Assembly: GCA_028707125.1 (NCBI GenBank) | Contig: JAQTUX010000001.1 | Span: 141,639 to 205,638 of the forward strand | Origin: Candidatus Omnitrophota bacterium | GTDB taxonomy: Bacteria > Omnitrophota > Gorgyraeia > Gygaellales > JAQTUX01 | Direction of reading: 5' to 3' | Length of the DNA: 64,000 bases | Shown here: one piece after another, positions 55,410 to 64,000 of the stretch | Layout of the letters: each line of letters opens with the position of its first letter | How positions within the stretch are numbered: the stretch's first letter is position 1 | Position numbers and translations under genes: made by a program | Notes under the pieces: model-generated | Database searches by the model: none | Told to the model about the DNA's origin: nothing | The model's input: only the letters and a program-made list of their open reading frames with translations

Positions 55410-56867
55410 ATGAACTTCATTCTGAGCATTCTTTCCGGGGTAATGCTTGTTTTGGCATTTCCCGATCATGATCTATGGCTCCTGTCCTGGCTGGCCTTTA
55501 TCCCCTTGTTCGCGGCGATAGAGGGAGGAAACGCCAGAGAACGATTCCTCCGCGCCTATATCACCGGGATCATTTTTTTCTCCGGGACGATCTACTGGCT
55601 TACCAACGTTACGATCTTAGGCACAGCCCTCTTGATCCTGTATCTGTCTTTGTATTTCGGGTTATTCGGCATCATTTTTAATAAGGGCAGCCGCGGCTTT
55701 CAACTTTTTATTCTCCCCGCTGCCTGGGTGGTCCTGGAATATATCAGGTCGCATTTATTCAGCGGTTTTGGCTGGGCATTGCTGGGATATTCTCAGTACC
55801 TTAATCTCCCCGCGATCCAGATAGCCGATGTTACCGGCGCCTGGGGGGTTTCCTTTATCATTATGATGTTCAACGCCGCGCTCTGGCAGGCAGTTTCCCG
55901 CCGGTGCCTTAAGGCGCCGGCAGCGCCGTTGCTGATAATCCTCTGTGTTCTTTTTTATGGTTTTTTCAAGTTGGATCAGCCGCTTGAAGGCAGAAGCGTC
56001 AGGGCCGCGCTTATTCAAGGCAACATCCCCCAGAGTTTGAAATGGCAGCCGGGGCAGGAGGAATATATTTTCAACAGGTATTTTACATTGAGCCTTCATT
56101 CCTGCGACGATAAACCGGATATTATTATCTGGCCCGAATCCGCCGTAGTCAATTATCTGGATTTAGACGCGCCTTTGCGCGGCCAGAATTTTTTCAGGGA
56201 GATAGCCGCGTTGACCAGGGAGATGGGTGTTCCGATTTTATTCGGAGCGGTTTCGCGGGGCAAAGAGGGATTCTTCAACAGCGCGCTGTTTTTACAGGGC
56301 GGGGAGTTAAAGGGTCAATATAACAAGATCCATCTTGTGCCTTTCGGCGAATATATACCTTTAAGAAAATACCTGCCGTTCTTAGAAACGGTCGTGCCTA
56401 TCGGGGATTTCTCTTCCGGCAGCGAACCGGTCGTGTTTACTTCGGCGGAAGGGGCCGGCTTCTCCGTTTTGATCTGTTTTGAAGATACCCTGCCGGCGCT
56501 TTCGCGCGGATTTGTAAATCGCGGCGCGGAGTTTTTAGTTAATATAACAAACGATGCCTGGTTCGGCAAAAGCGGCGCTCCATATCAGCATCTTCAGGCG
56601 TCGGTATTTCGCGCCGTAGAGAACAGAAGGCCCCTGGCCAGGGCGGCCAATACGGGCGTTTCCGCGTTCATAGACCAGCGCGGCAGGATCGTTGATACCG
56701 TAAACAAAGCGGGCAAAGAGATATTTGTTGAAGGATTCAAGGTAAAAGATATAATCTTATCATCGGGGCAAAAGAGCGTCTATACCCGCGTAGGCGACAT
56801 ATTCGTGCTCGGCTGCCTTATCCTGTGCTGCGCGCACCTTGTTTTGGGATGGAAGAGAAAAAAATAA
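55410..56867 (+). CDS. lnt: apolipoprotein N-acyltransferase
   Basis: N-terminal multi-TM region plus CN-hydrolase domain. Confidence 0.85.
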   Translation: MNFILSILSGVMLVLAFPDHDLWLLSWLAFIPLFAAIEGGNARERFLRAYITGIIFFSGTIYWLTNVTILGTALLILYLSLYFGLFGIIFNKGSRGFQLFILPAAWVVLEYIRSHLFSGFGWALLGYSQYLNLPAIQIADVTGAWGVSFIIMMFNAALWQAVSRRCLKAPAAPLLIILCVLFYGFFKLDQPLEGRSVRAALIQGNIPQSLKWQPGQEEYIFNRYFTLSLHSCDDKPDIIIWPESAVVNYLDLDAPLRGQNFFREIAALTREMGVPILFGAVSRGKEGFFNSALFLQGGELKGQYNKIHLVPFGEYIPLRKYLPFLETVVPIGDFSSGSEPVVFTSAEGAGFSVLICFEDTLPALSRGFVNRGAEFLVNITNDAWFGKSGAPYQHLQASVFRAVENRRPLARAANTGVSAFIDQRGRIVDTVNKAGKEIFVEGFKVKDIILSSGQKSVYTRVGDIFVLGCLILCCAHLVLGWKRKK

Positions 56868-57355
56868 ACCGCGTTTTATCCGTTATCCTTATCCTTCTGC
56901 CGCTTTTTCTTTTGTTGGCCCTGGGTTACGCCGACAAAAGGCCCATGGTCCGGCCATTACGATGCGGGAATGAACTGGTTATAAGGACGGACTCCAGGGG
57001 CAAAGGGGTATTTAACGCGCCGAGGAACGGCCGCAGGCGGCATAAAGGTGTTGATTTGAGCGCCGCGGCAGGTGAGCCCGTGTATGCGGCGCGCGCCGGA
57101 CTGGTCTTGCGCTCAGGGTTCCATAGGGGCCTGGGGCATTATGTGGAAATACGCCACCACGACGGGTGGGTGACTATATACGGACATCTTAAGAGGCGGC
57201 TTGTAAAGAAGGGGCAGATGGTCGGGCAGGGCGCGTTGATAGGAGAGGTGGGGAAAAGCGGCAACGCGGATCACCCCGCGATGTCCGCGCACCTGCATTT
57301 GGAATTGCGCGATCCCAAGGGCGTTGCCGTAGACCCGATGCGGTACTTAGAGTAG
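56849..57355 (+). CDS. M23 family metallopeptidase (LytM-like), signal-anchored
   Basis: HxxxD and HxH motifs (HKGVDLSAAAGEPV, HLHLE). Confidence 0.75.
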   Translation: MEEKKINRVLSVILILLPLFLLLALGYADKRPMVRPLRCGNELVIRTDSRGKGVFNAPRNGRRRHKGVDLSAAAGEPVYAARAGLVLRSGFHRGLGHYVEIRHHDGWVTIYGHLKRRLVKKGQMVGQGALIGEVGKSGNADHPAMSAHLHLELRDPKGVAVDPMRYLE

Positions 57356-57364
57356 GAGGCGGTT

Positions 57365-57850
57365 ATGGCAGAGATAAAATCAGTTAACATAGAGAAACCG
57401 GACGATGTGAACATCATCATAGGCCAGGCGCATTTTATCAAGACCGTTGAAGATATATATGAAACGCTGGTCAACGCGGTGCCCGGCATAAAATTCGGGC
57501 TTGCCTTCTGCGAGTCCTCAGGTAAGTGCCTGGTCAGGATAGAAGGCAATGACGAGGGCCTGAAACAGATCGCCGGTAAGAACGCATTGGCTCTCGGCTG
57601 CGGGCACTCTTTCATAATCGCTTTAAGGCAGGCATACCCGATCAATGTGCTTCCCGCTGTCAAGAATATCCCGGAGGTCTGCTCTATTTATTGCGCTACC
57701 GCCAACTCCGTGGAGGTGATCGTGGCCCAGGGCAGCGAAGGCAGGGGCATAATGGCGGTAATTGACGGCTTATCGCCCAAAGGCGTGGAAGGCCCGGAAG
57801 ACGTCAATTGGAGAAAAGACCTGTTGCGCAAATTAGGGTATAAAAGATAA
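57365..57850 (+). CDS. conserved small protein, possibly 'adenosine-specific kinase'-like family (PF04008-like)
   Basis: 161 aa; family assignment from memory of the sequence pattern only. Confidence 0.35.
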   Translation: MAEIKSVNIEKPDDVNIIIGQAHFIKTVEDIYETLVNAVPGIKFGLAFCESSGKCLVRIEGNDEGLKQIAGKNALALGCGHSFIIALRQAYPINVLPAVKNIPEVCSIYCATANSVEVIVAQGSEGRGIMAVIDGLSPKGVEGPEDVNWRKDLLRKLGYKR

Positions 57851-58758
57851 TGGCTAAGGGAAGGGCGAAGATCATCAAGCGGCGCTCAGGCATTTGGGCG
57901 TTAAAGGCGGTATCCGGCATAGTGAACATCCTGCCGTTGCGGGCGGTATATTATTTCGCCGACATATTTTCCCGCCTGGCGCTGCTGTTCGCGGTAAAAC
58001 AGAAAAGGATCGCCCTGGAGGGCCTCGCTATCGCCTTCGGCAGAGACAGGTCAAAACAGGAGAGGAAGGAGATCGTGCGGGATTGCTTCGCGTTTATGGC
58101 AAAGGCCAGCCTTGAGATAATCTATTTTATAGGCAGGTTTGAGGCCTTAAAGGAGAAGGTATCATTTGAGGGGCGGGAGAATCTGGATCAGGCGTTGGCC
58201 GCCGGAAACGGGGTTATCCTGGCCAGCGCGCATTTCGGTAATTTTCCCCTGATGTTAGCGCGGCTGGCCCTTGAAGGATACGCGACCAATGCTATAATAA
58301 AGCCGATGCGCGACGCGGGCGCGGAGGAATATTTCAACGCTTACCGCGGCAGGTGCGGCGTGAAAACCATATACAGCGTTCCCAGGAAGGAATGCGTGGA
58401 TACGGCGCTTCGGGCGCTGCGTAACAACGAGATCGTTTTCATACCGCTGGACCAGAATTTCGGCACAGGCGGGGTATTCGTGGATTTCTTCGGAAGAAAG
58501 GCGGCAACCGCGACAGGCCCCGTAATTATGGCAATGCGCACAAACGCGGCGATATTGCCGGCATTCATGGTAAGGCAGCCGGATGATACTCATAAGATCA
58601 TCTTTGAGCCGCCCATGGAATTGGAAACAGGCAGCGATAGCGATCAGACAATACTTGTTAATGTGCAGAAAATAACCAATATAATTGAGAGGTATATCAG
58701 GCGGTATCCGGCAGAATGGGGCTGGGTGCACCGGCGCTGGAAGAGCACGCCGAATTAA
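57850..58758 (+). CDS. lysophospholipid/lipid A-type acyltransferase (LpxL/HtrB-like)
   Basis: N-terminal TM anchor, HxxxxD-type motif SAHFGNFP, ~300 aa. Confidence 0.7.
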   Translation: MAKGRAKIIKRRSGIWALKAVSGIVNILPLRAVYYFADIFSRLALLFAVKQKRIALEGLAIAFGRDRSKQERKEIVRDCFAFMAKASLEIIYFIGRFEALKEKVSFEGRENLDQALAAGNGVILASAHFGNFPLMLARLALEGYATNAIIKPMRDAGAEEYFNAYRGRCGVKTIYSVPRKECVDTALRALRNNEIVFIPLDQNFGTGGVFVDFFGRKAATATGPVIMAMRTNAAILPAFMVRQPDDTHKIIFEPPMELETGSDSDQTILVNVQKITNIIERYIRRYPAEWGWVHRRWKSTPN

Positions 58759-58769
58759 GGAGGAATAAG

Positions 58770-59213
58770 ATGAAGGTTGGCGAAATTATGACCAGGAAAG
58801 TAGTAACCCTGAAGCCGCAGGCCTCGGCTAAAGAGGCGGTGGAATTATTGTTTAAGAGGAAGATAAGCGGCCTGCCGGTGGTGGATGACGATAACGTTGT
58901 CAAGGGCATGTTTACGGAAAAGGATATTATGAGCTATCTTCTGCCGGGCTATCTACAGACGGTAGGGAAATTTATTTATGAAGAGCATCCAAAGGGCATA
59001 GCCAAAAAAGTCCAGGAACTGGCAAACATCAAGGTGGGCGATATTATGCGTAAGGAAGTGGTAACGGTATTAGAGGATACCTTGCTTGTGGAGGTCAGCA
59101 GGATCATGCTTACTCAGAAAATACGGCGCGTCATCGTTGTAGATAAGGACAACCGGCTCCTGGGTATGGTCAGCCGCGGAGACGTGCTTAAGCGCTTCTT
59201 AGAAGGGGCTTGA
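58770..59213 (+). CDS. CBS-pair domain protein
   Basis: Two CBS motifs; start at MKVGEIMTRK with SD aggagg upstream. Confidence 0.8.
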   Translation: MKVGEIMTRKVVTLKPQASAKEAVELLFKRKISGLPVVDDDNVVKGMFTEKDIMSYLLPGYLQTVGKFIYEEHPKGIAKKVQELANIKVGDIMRKEVVTVLEDTLLVEVSRIMLTQKIRRVIVVDKDNRLLGMVSRGDVLKRFLEGA

Positions 59214-59214
59214 G

Positions 59215-60597
59215 ATGACAAAGAAATTTATTATATTAATATTGGTTTCTGCGGCGGCCATGTTCTCCTGCCGCCTGGCAGGATTGAATATGCATCAGTC
59301 GCTGGCAGTGGGCATACTGGCCTCTTCGGTGCTCGGCACGCTATTTTTCTGGGATTTCCGTTTGAGCTTCGCCTTTTTAGGGCTGTCAATATTGCTTCTG
59401 ACAAGGACCATTGATATTGAGAACGCGATCAAATTCGCCTCGCTTGAGGTCATCCTGTTCCTGGTGGGCATGATGATCATTGTGGGCCTGCTGAAGGAAT
59501 CAGGGTTCTTCGCCTGGATCGTAAGTTTGATCTTAAGGGTAAGAAAACTTACCGCCAACAAATTCATCATAACGATTTCTTTGTTGTCCGCAGTGCTTTC
59601 CATGATGACCAGCGAGGTCGTCTCAATAATATTTATGGTCGCGGCCATACTTGAGATATGCGATTATTTTGAGGTAGAACCGACGCCTTTTATCATTATC
59701 GCGGTTATGGCGACGAACATAGGAAGCGCCGGCACTTTGCTGGGCAACCCCATCGGCATCCTTATCGCCACAAAGGCGGGCTTGACGTTTGAGGATTTTC
59801 TGATCAAGGCCCTTCCTTTGTCGCTTGTGTGCCTTGTGGCGATGCTGTTCATTGTTGTGTTCTGGTTCCGCAAGGCCGTATCTGAGCTTGATTCCAGAAT
59901 AAAAGAACTTGGCGCCAATGAGATATTGATAAAGCTGATATCGGTGCCGCCGGAGAAGGACCTCAAGATCTCCCTGGGCATATTCTGGCTGACATTGATG
60001 TTGATAGGTTTTCATCATAGATTTGAGATGATGCTGGGCCTGGAGGCAAATACAATGCTGCTGACTATGCCGTTGGTTTCAGCCGGGGCGATAATGATAT
60101 GGAAATGGAAGAGGGCAAGGAGCTATGTTGAGCATGACGTGGAATGGTGGACGCTTTTGTTCTTTATGATGCTTTTTGCCCAGGCAGGCACGTTGAAATA
60201 TACCGGCGCCAGCGACGTACTGGCGCAGCATCTGGTTTCCTGGGCAGGTTACGATATTAATAAACTCATAGGGGCTGTTGTATGGCTGGGCACATTTGGC
60301 TCCGCGCTGCTGGATAACGTTGTGCTGGTAGCGGCGTTTATCCCGGTCATTCAAGGCCTGGAGTCCATAAGCGCCCATATAGAGCCGTTATGGTGGGCGC
60401 TTTTGTTCGGGGGCTGCCTGGGCGGCAATGTAACCTTTATAGGTTCTACCGCGAACATAGTAGCCCTGGGGATCCTGGAAAAGGAACGCAACATAAAGGT
60501 GACTTTTCTCAAGTGGATCGGCATCGGTTTCGTCATAGGAACGATCACCACCCTGATCGTCTGGCTGGCGTTGATGTTTATTCCATTTTATCAGTAA
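59215..60597 (+). CDS. ArsB/NhaD-superfamily anion permease
   Basis: 460 aa, ~12 TM, ArsB/NhaD-superfamily-like topology and loop motifs. Confidence 0.65.
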   Translation: MTKKFIILILVSAAAMFSCRLAGLNMHQSLAVGILASSVLGTLFFWDFRLSFAFLGLSILLLTRTIDIENAIKFASLEVILFLVGMMIIVGLLKESGFFAWIVSLILRVRKLTANKFIITISLLSAVLSMMTSEVVSIIFMVAAILEICDYFEVEPTPFIIIAVMATNIGSAGTLLGNPIGILIATKAGLTFEDFLIKALPLSLVCLVAMLFIVVFWFRKAVSELDSRIKELGANEILIKLISVPPEKDLKISLGIFWLTLMLIGFHHRFEMMLGLEANTMLLTMPLVSAGAIMIWKWKRARSYVEHDVEWWTLLFFMMLFAQAGTLKYTGASDVLAQHLVSWAGYDINKLIGAVVWLGTFGSALLDNVVLVAAFIPVIQGLESISAHIEPLWWALLFGGCLGGNVTFIGSTANIVALGILEKERNIKVTFLKWIGIGFVIGTITTLIVWLALMFIPFYQ

Positions 60598-60603
60598 TAA
60601 ACT

Positions 60604-61215
60604 ATGAAAAAACTGAAAAGATACCTGATCGCCGGATTGCTCATCACTCTGCCGCTGGTTTTAAGCGCGTATCTTCTTGTGGCTCTTTTCAGATTTATGG
60701 ACAACATTCTGGGCAGGTATCTGGCTGATTACCTGAGGCAGGAGATAGGGTTTTATGTCCCGGGCATGGGCTTGATCCTCTCCGTGATTTTGATCATCCT
60801 CGTCGGGTTCTTTGCCACGCATTTTTTAGGCAGGCATATAAAGGCCGACCTGGAAGGGCTCTTGTTGAGGATCCCGCTTTTAAACAATATCTACCCCCCC
60901 ATCAAAGAAATAGTAAGGTTTTTTGTCTCGGAGGAGAAAAGGGTCAGATTCAACAGGGTGGTCCTGGCCCCTTATCCCAATAAAGATTCCTGGTCAGTCG
61001 GGTTTGTTACTAATGAGGGCTGGGCGGAGGCCAACAGGAAAACAGGAGAAGAACTGGTCAGCGTATTTATACCTTTTGTCCCCAGCCCCTTGAGCGGATT
61101 CTACGCCCTCCTGCCTAAGGCAGCGCTTATATCGCTTGATGTTTCTCCGGAAGACGCCCTTAAACTCATCGTTTCCGCGGGGTTGGTCGCCCCTCAAGCC
61201 AAAGGCAATAAATAG
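60604..61215 (+). CDS. DUF502-family membrane protein
   Basis: N-terminal 2 TM plus conserved soluble domain; 203 aa. Confidence 0.6.
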   Translation: MKKLKRYLIAGLLITLPLVLSAYLLVALFRFMDNILGRYLADYLRQEIGFYVPGMGLILSVILIILVGFFATHFLGRHIKADLEGLLLRIPLLNNIYPPIKEIVRFFVSEEKRVRFNRVVLAPYPNKDSWSVGFVTNEGWAEANRKTGEELVSVFIPFVPSPLSGFYALLPKAALISLDVSPEDALKLIVSAGLVAPQAKGNK

Positions 61216-61221
61216 GCCGAT

Positions 61222-61863
61222 ATGATCAAGCTGGCGATCTTTGATTTAGACGGTACTCTTATAGATGCCTATACGGCGATAGGCAAAAGCGTAAATTTTG
61301 TGCTGAAGAAATTCGGCTGCCCCGCGCGGAAGAACTCCGTTATAAAAAGGGCCGTGGGCTGGGGTGACGAGAATCTGCTTAAGCCGTTTGTCAGGCCGCC
61401 TGATTTGCAGGCGGCGCTTGCGGCCTACCGCGGGCATCATTCAAAGTCATTGGTGAAATACTCCCGGCTTCTTCCTTGCGCGCTGAATGTCTTGAAGCGG
61501 CTCGATAACAGCGGATATAAGATCGCCGTTGCCTCTAACCGGCCCACGCGGTTTTCTAAAATCCTGCTGAAACATTTAAAGATTGATAAGTATTTTGATT
61601 ACGTGCTTTGCGCGGACAGGGTCAAGCGGCTAAAGCCGCATCCGCAGATATTAAACGCGATCATGCGCAGGCTGAAGGTCGGCAAGGCTCACACGATCTA
61701 TGTCGGCGATATGTTCATTGATGTTCAGGCGGGCAGGCGCGCCGGAGTAACCACCGTCGCCGTACTGGGCGGCTCAAGCAGCAAGGCAGAACTCAAGAGA
61801 GAACACCCCGATTTCATCCTCAAAAACGTCTGCGGCTTAATTCCAATCCTTAAGAATCGCTAA
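61222..61863 (+). CDS. HAD-superfamily phosphatase (subfamily IA, phosphoglycolate phosphatase-like)
   Basis: DxDGTL motif (FDLDGTLID), motif III/IV (VGDMFIDVQAGRRAG). Confidence 0.8.
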   Translation: MIKLAIFDLDGTLIDAYTAIGKSVNFVLKKFGCPARKNSVIKRAVGWGDENLLKPFVRPPDLQAALAAYRGHHSKSLVKYSRLLPCALNVLKRLDNSGYKIAVASNRPTRFSKILLKHLKIDKYFDYVLCADRVKRLKPHPQILNAIMRRLKVGKAHTIYVGDMFIDVQAGRRAGVTTVAVLGGSSSKAELKREHPDFILKNVCGLIPILKNR

Positions 61864-61962
61864 CTCGTCATTGTGAGCCCGAAGATGCGTCGGGGCAGGC
61901 AGGACCCGCTGCCCCGTAAAGCTATACTTGATTTTTGCGGCGATGTCTGATATAAATATGGT

Positions 61963-62265
61963 ATGTTTATAGCGGCGAACTTCTTACGGGCGGCGGCGGG
62001 CGTGCTGGACCTGCTGCTCACCATACTTTACTGGCTGATCCTGGTCAGGGCGCTGATAAGCTGGGTGAACCCGGACCCGTTTAATCCCATAGTCCAGTTC
62101 CTTTATAAGGCGACAGAGCCGATACTGAATCCTATCAGGCGGATTTTGCCGTTCACTTATACGGCGGGGATTGATTTTTCTCCGGTGGTAGCGTTCTTCG
62201 CGATTATTTTCTTGAAGGGCTTTATAGTGAAGTCGTTGATAGATCTAAGTTACAGGATAACATAA
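61963..62265 (+). CDS. YggT-family membrane protein
   Basis: 100 aa, 2 TM, YggT-like pattern; TTGATT-17-TATAAA promoter upstream. Confidence 0.7.
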   Translation: MFIAANFLRAAAGVLDLLLTILYWLILVRALISWVNPDPFNPIVQFLYKATEPILNPIRRILPFTYTAGIDFSPVVAFFAIIFLKGFIVKSLIDLSYRIT

Positions 62266-62379
62266 GGAAAGAATTCATGAGCAAGCGTAAACGCAGAGGC
62301 AAACTTAACTGGCGCTCCAAGAAGGCGAATAAGGGCAGAAGGCCGAATTTAGGATAGTGCCGACCGGCCTTTTGAGGCA

Positions 62380-64000
62380 CTAATACTCCCTTAATTGTTT
62401 CTCAGCGTCAACCACATCGCGGTTGATGGCATTGATCGCGTTCCTGACCTTTTCTTTTAAGAGGTTGGATACGACCGGCGCCGAGTATATTTCCCGCAAT
62501 AGCTGCACTGCCATCCGGAAGTAGCGTATTACCTCTCCCTCGTCAACGTTGGTCTGCATCAGCGTTCTGTTGAAGTCAGCGCCCTGCATCCAGACAAGCA
62601 GGCTGCCGGCAAGATGGAAAAAGCAGCGTTTTGACGCCGGGGTGATCCCGCATTTTCGCTCTTCCTTGATTATTTTGTCGGAGAGCCCGGATACGACATC
62701 CTGCACGATCTTTGCCCTGCGTATCAAACGCACCGGCTCATCCTGTTTTCTCGGCTCAAATACCAATGCCGCGGCGAGCATGCCCAGCTGGAACTCATCT
62801 AACTGTTCCAGCGTTTTCGCCTTATAAAGCTCGGCAAAGGTAAGCTCATATCCGTAGACCTGGCTGGCGAATATGCCTTTGTCGCTCAGTTGATTTTCTG
62901 AAATATAGCCCCATCTCTTTAGCAGCTCAACCTTTGATCTCATAAGACCCAGGTTGTCCTGCCGCCTTTTCGTGTTGGATTGAAAATAATGGAATGAAAG
63001 CGGGTATATATCATAGAGGTTGTCCCGGTATTGCGCGTAAAGGTGAAGCAGCGTGGCGTATGAGGTGTTGAACTGGCTTATGACCTTCTCATAGCCGCCG
63101 AAGATGACCTTCTCTACTTCCTGGAATTTCATCCTGTAGTTGTTCACGCGTGAATATACAAAGCCCTCCTTGTCAATGCCGCGCCTGCCGGCCCTGCCCG
63201 CCATTTGGTAGAAGTCCCGCGTCTTTAATTCTCTGTGGAACCTGCCGTAGTATTTCCTCAGGTCGTCAAATACAACGGTTTTTGCCGGCATGTTTATGCC
63301 CAAAGCGAACGTCTCGGTGGTAAATATGACCTTTATCAGGCGCGAGAAGAAAAGCCGCTCTATTACTTCTTTCAAGGTAGGCAGCATGCCCGCGTGGTGG
63401 TAGGCAATGCCTCTTTTTATGAGGGGTAGAAGCAGCGCCGCGCTCTTTTCATGTTTTAAGTCAAAACGCAGGGCAAGTTCGTTGAAGAGCGAAGTTATTT
63501 TCTCCTGTTCCGCGGCAGTCAAGAAATTATTCGCGTATAACTCTTCCGCCAGATGTTCGCATCTTTGCCTTCCGAAAGCAAAATATATCAGCGGCAGCCC
63601 GTTGTTATTTTCTATGTGTTCGATCAGGGGTTTTAAGCGGTTGGGCTTTAAATTGTGGGCGTAATGGTATCTTTTGCCTTTGTAGGCATAGGCAGGCGCG
63701 TCGCGGCAGAGGCGTTTCAGGTCCTTCATATTGTCGGTTATCTGCCCCTGGCATTGATATGAGAAATGAAGCGGCACAGGCCTGACAGTTTCAATTACGG
63801 TCTTTACCGGTTTGCTGTGGACTTTGCCTATCCAGCCGGCCAACTCTTCTATATTGGGAATAGTCGCGCTTAACCCCAGCACGCGCATGTGCGCGGGCAG
63901 GAACATCAATGATTCTTCCCAGACCGTGCCGCGTTCGTAGTTATCAATGTAGTGGATCTCGTCAAAGATGACCCAATGTTTGTCCTCAAGCGACCGCGGC
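62380..64000 (-). CDS. DExH-box (Ski2/Lhr-like) helicase, N-terminus beyond window
   Basis: Motif II DEIH (VIFDEIHY, in-frame upstream of the ORF-track start), motif III SAT (LSAT), helicase C-domain motifs (QMAGRAGRRG), long C-terminal extension. Confidence 0.8.
   Translation of the reverse strand, partial: PRSLEDKHWVIFDEIHYIDNYERGTVWEESLMFLPAHMRVLGLSATIPNIEELAGWIGKVHSKPVKTVIETVRPVPLHFSYQCQGQITDNMKDLKRLCRDAPAYAYKGKRYHYAHNLKPNRLKPLIEHIENNNGLPLIYFAFGRQRCEHLAEELYANNFLTAAEQEKITSLFNELALRFDLKHEKSAALLLPLIKRGIAYHHAGMLPTLKEVIERLFFSRLIKVIFTTETFALGINMPAKTVVFDDLRKYYGRFHRELKTRDFYQMAGRAGRRGIDKEGFVYSRVNNYRMKFQEVEKVIFGGYEKVISQFNTSYATLLHLYAQYRDNLYDIYPLSFHYFQSNTKRRQDNLGLMRSKVELLKRWGYISENQLSDKGIFASQVYGYELTFAELYKAKTLEQLDEFQLGMLAAALVFEPRKQDEPVRLIRRAKIVQDVVSGLSDKIIKEERKCGITPASKRCFFHLAGSLLVWMQGADFNRTLMQTNVDEGEVIRYFRMAVQLLREIYSAPVVSNLLKEKVRNAINAINRDVVDAEKQLREY

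Overview
This window appears to be chromosomal DNA from a moderately GC-rich bacterium. Roughly two thirds of it is conserved housekeeping operons, which I am confident about. The pyrimidine biosynthesis cluster runs pyrR-pyrB-pyrC ... carA-carB ... pyrK-pyrD-pyrF. It is led by a textbook PyrR attenuator and is interrupted by DNA-repair genes (an EndoQ-like PHP nuclease and mutM), a tRNA-Arg, a LOG-like gene and a half-sized TSUP permease. It is fused directly to a complete F-type ATP synthase operon with epsilon moved to the front (atpC-Z-I-B-E-F-H-A-G-D). Further right are tRNA-Val and tRNA-Asp, murJ, uvrC, ogt, pilT, prfB (programmed +1 frameshift found; the ORF track splits this gene), secA, lnt and a truncated DExH helicase.

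The left ~19.7 kb is an envelope-glycoconjugate island and is the first strong candidate for an undescribed system. It holds at least six paralogous polytopic GT-C-type (ArnT/PMT/GT39-like) membrane proteins, a B12-binding radical-SAM enzyme, a GT1 enzyme, a Pol-beta-type nucleotidyltransferase fusion, a sulfatase-family protein lacking the FGly motif, two SGNH hydrolases and a Wzy_C-like protein. Its last gene is visibly AT-richer than its neighbours.

The second candidate is a tRNA-adjacent, AT-richer accessory islet at 40.6-45.2 kb. It carries four tandem hairpins and three copies of a ~30-nt terminator-like repeat, a secreted TPR-like protein and a low-GC ORF6N gene. It also carries a promoter-plus-terminator unit that looks like a ~75-nt sRNA, a GAF-ANTAR regulator preceded by its own intrinsic terminator, a YerD-like FMN/Fe-S oxidoreductase, and an unannotated 57-aa four-Cys ORF.

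Other oddities: a 21-nt duplication of the tRNA-Arg 3' end enclosing a 135-nt GC-rich multi-hairpin element, and in-frame 7-nt and 8-nt microsatellites inside pyrK and pyrD. Coordinates of small RNA and regulatory features were read by eye and may be off by 1-2 nt.
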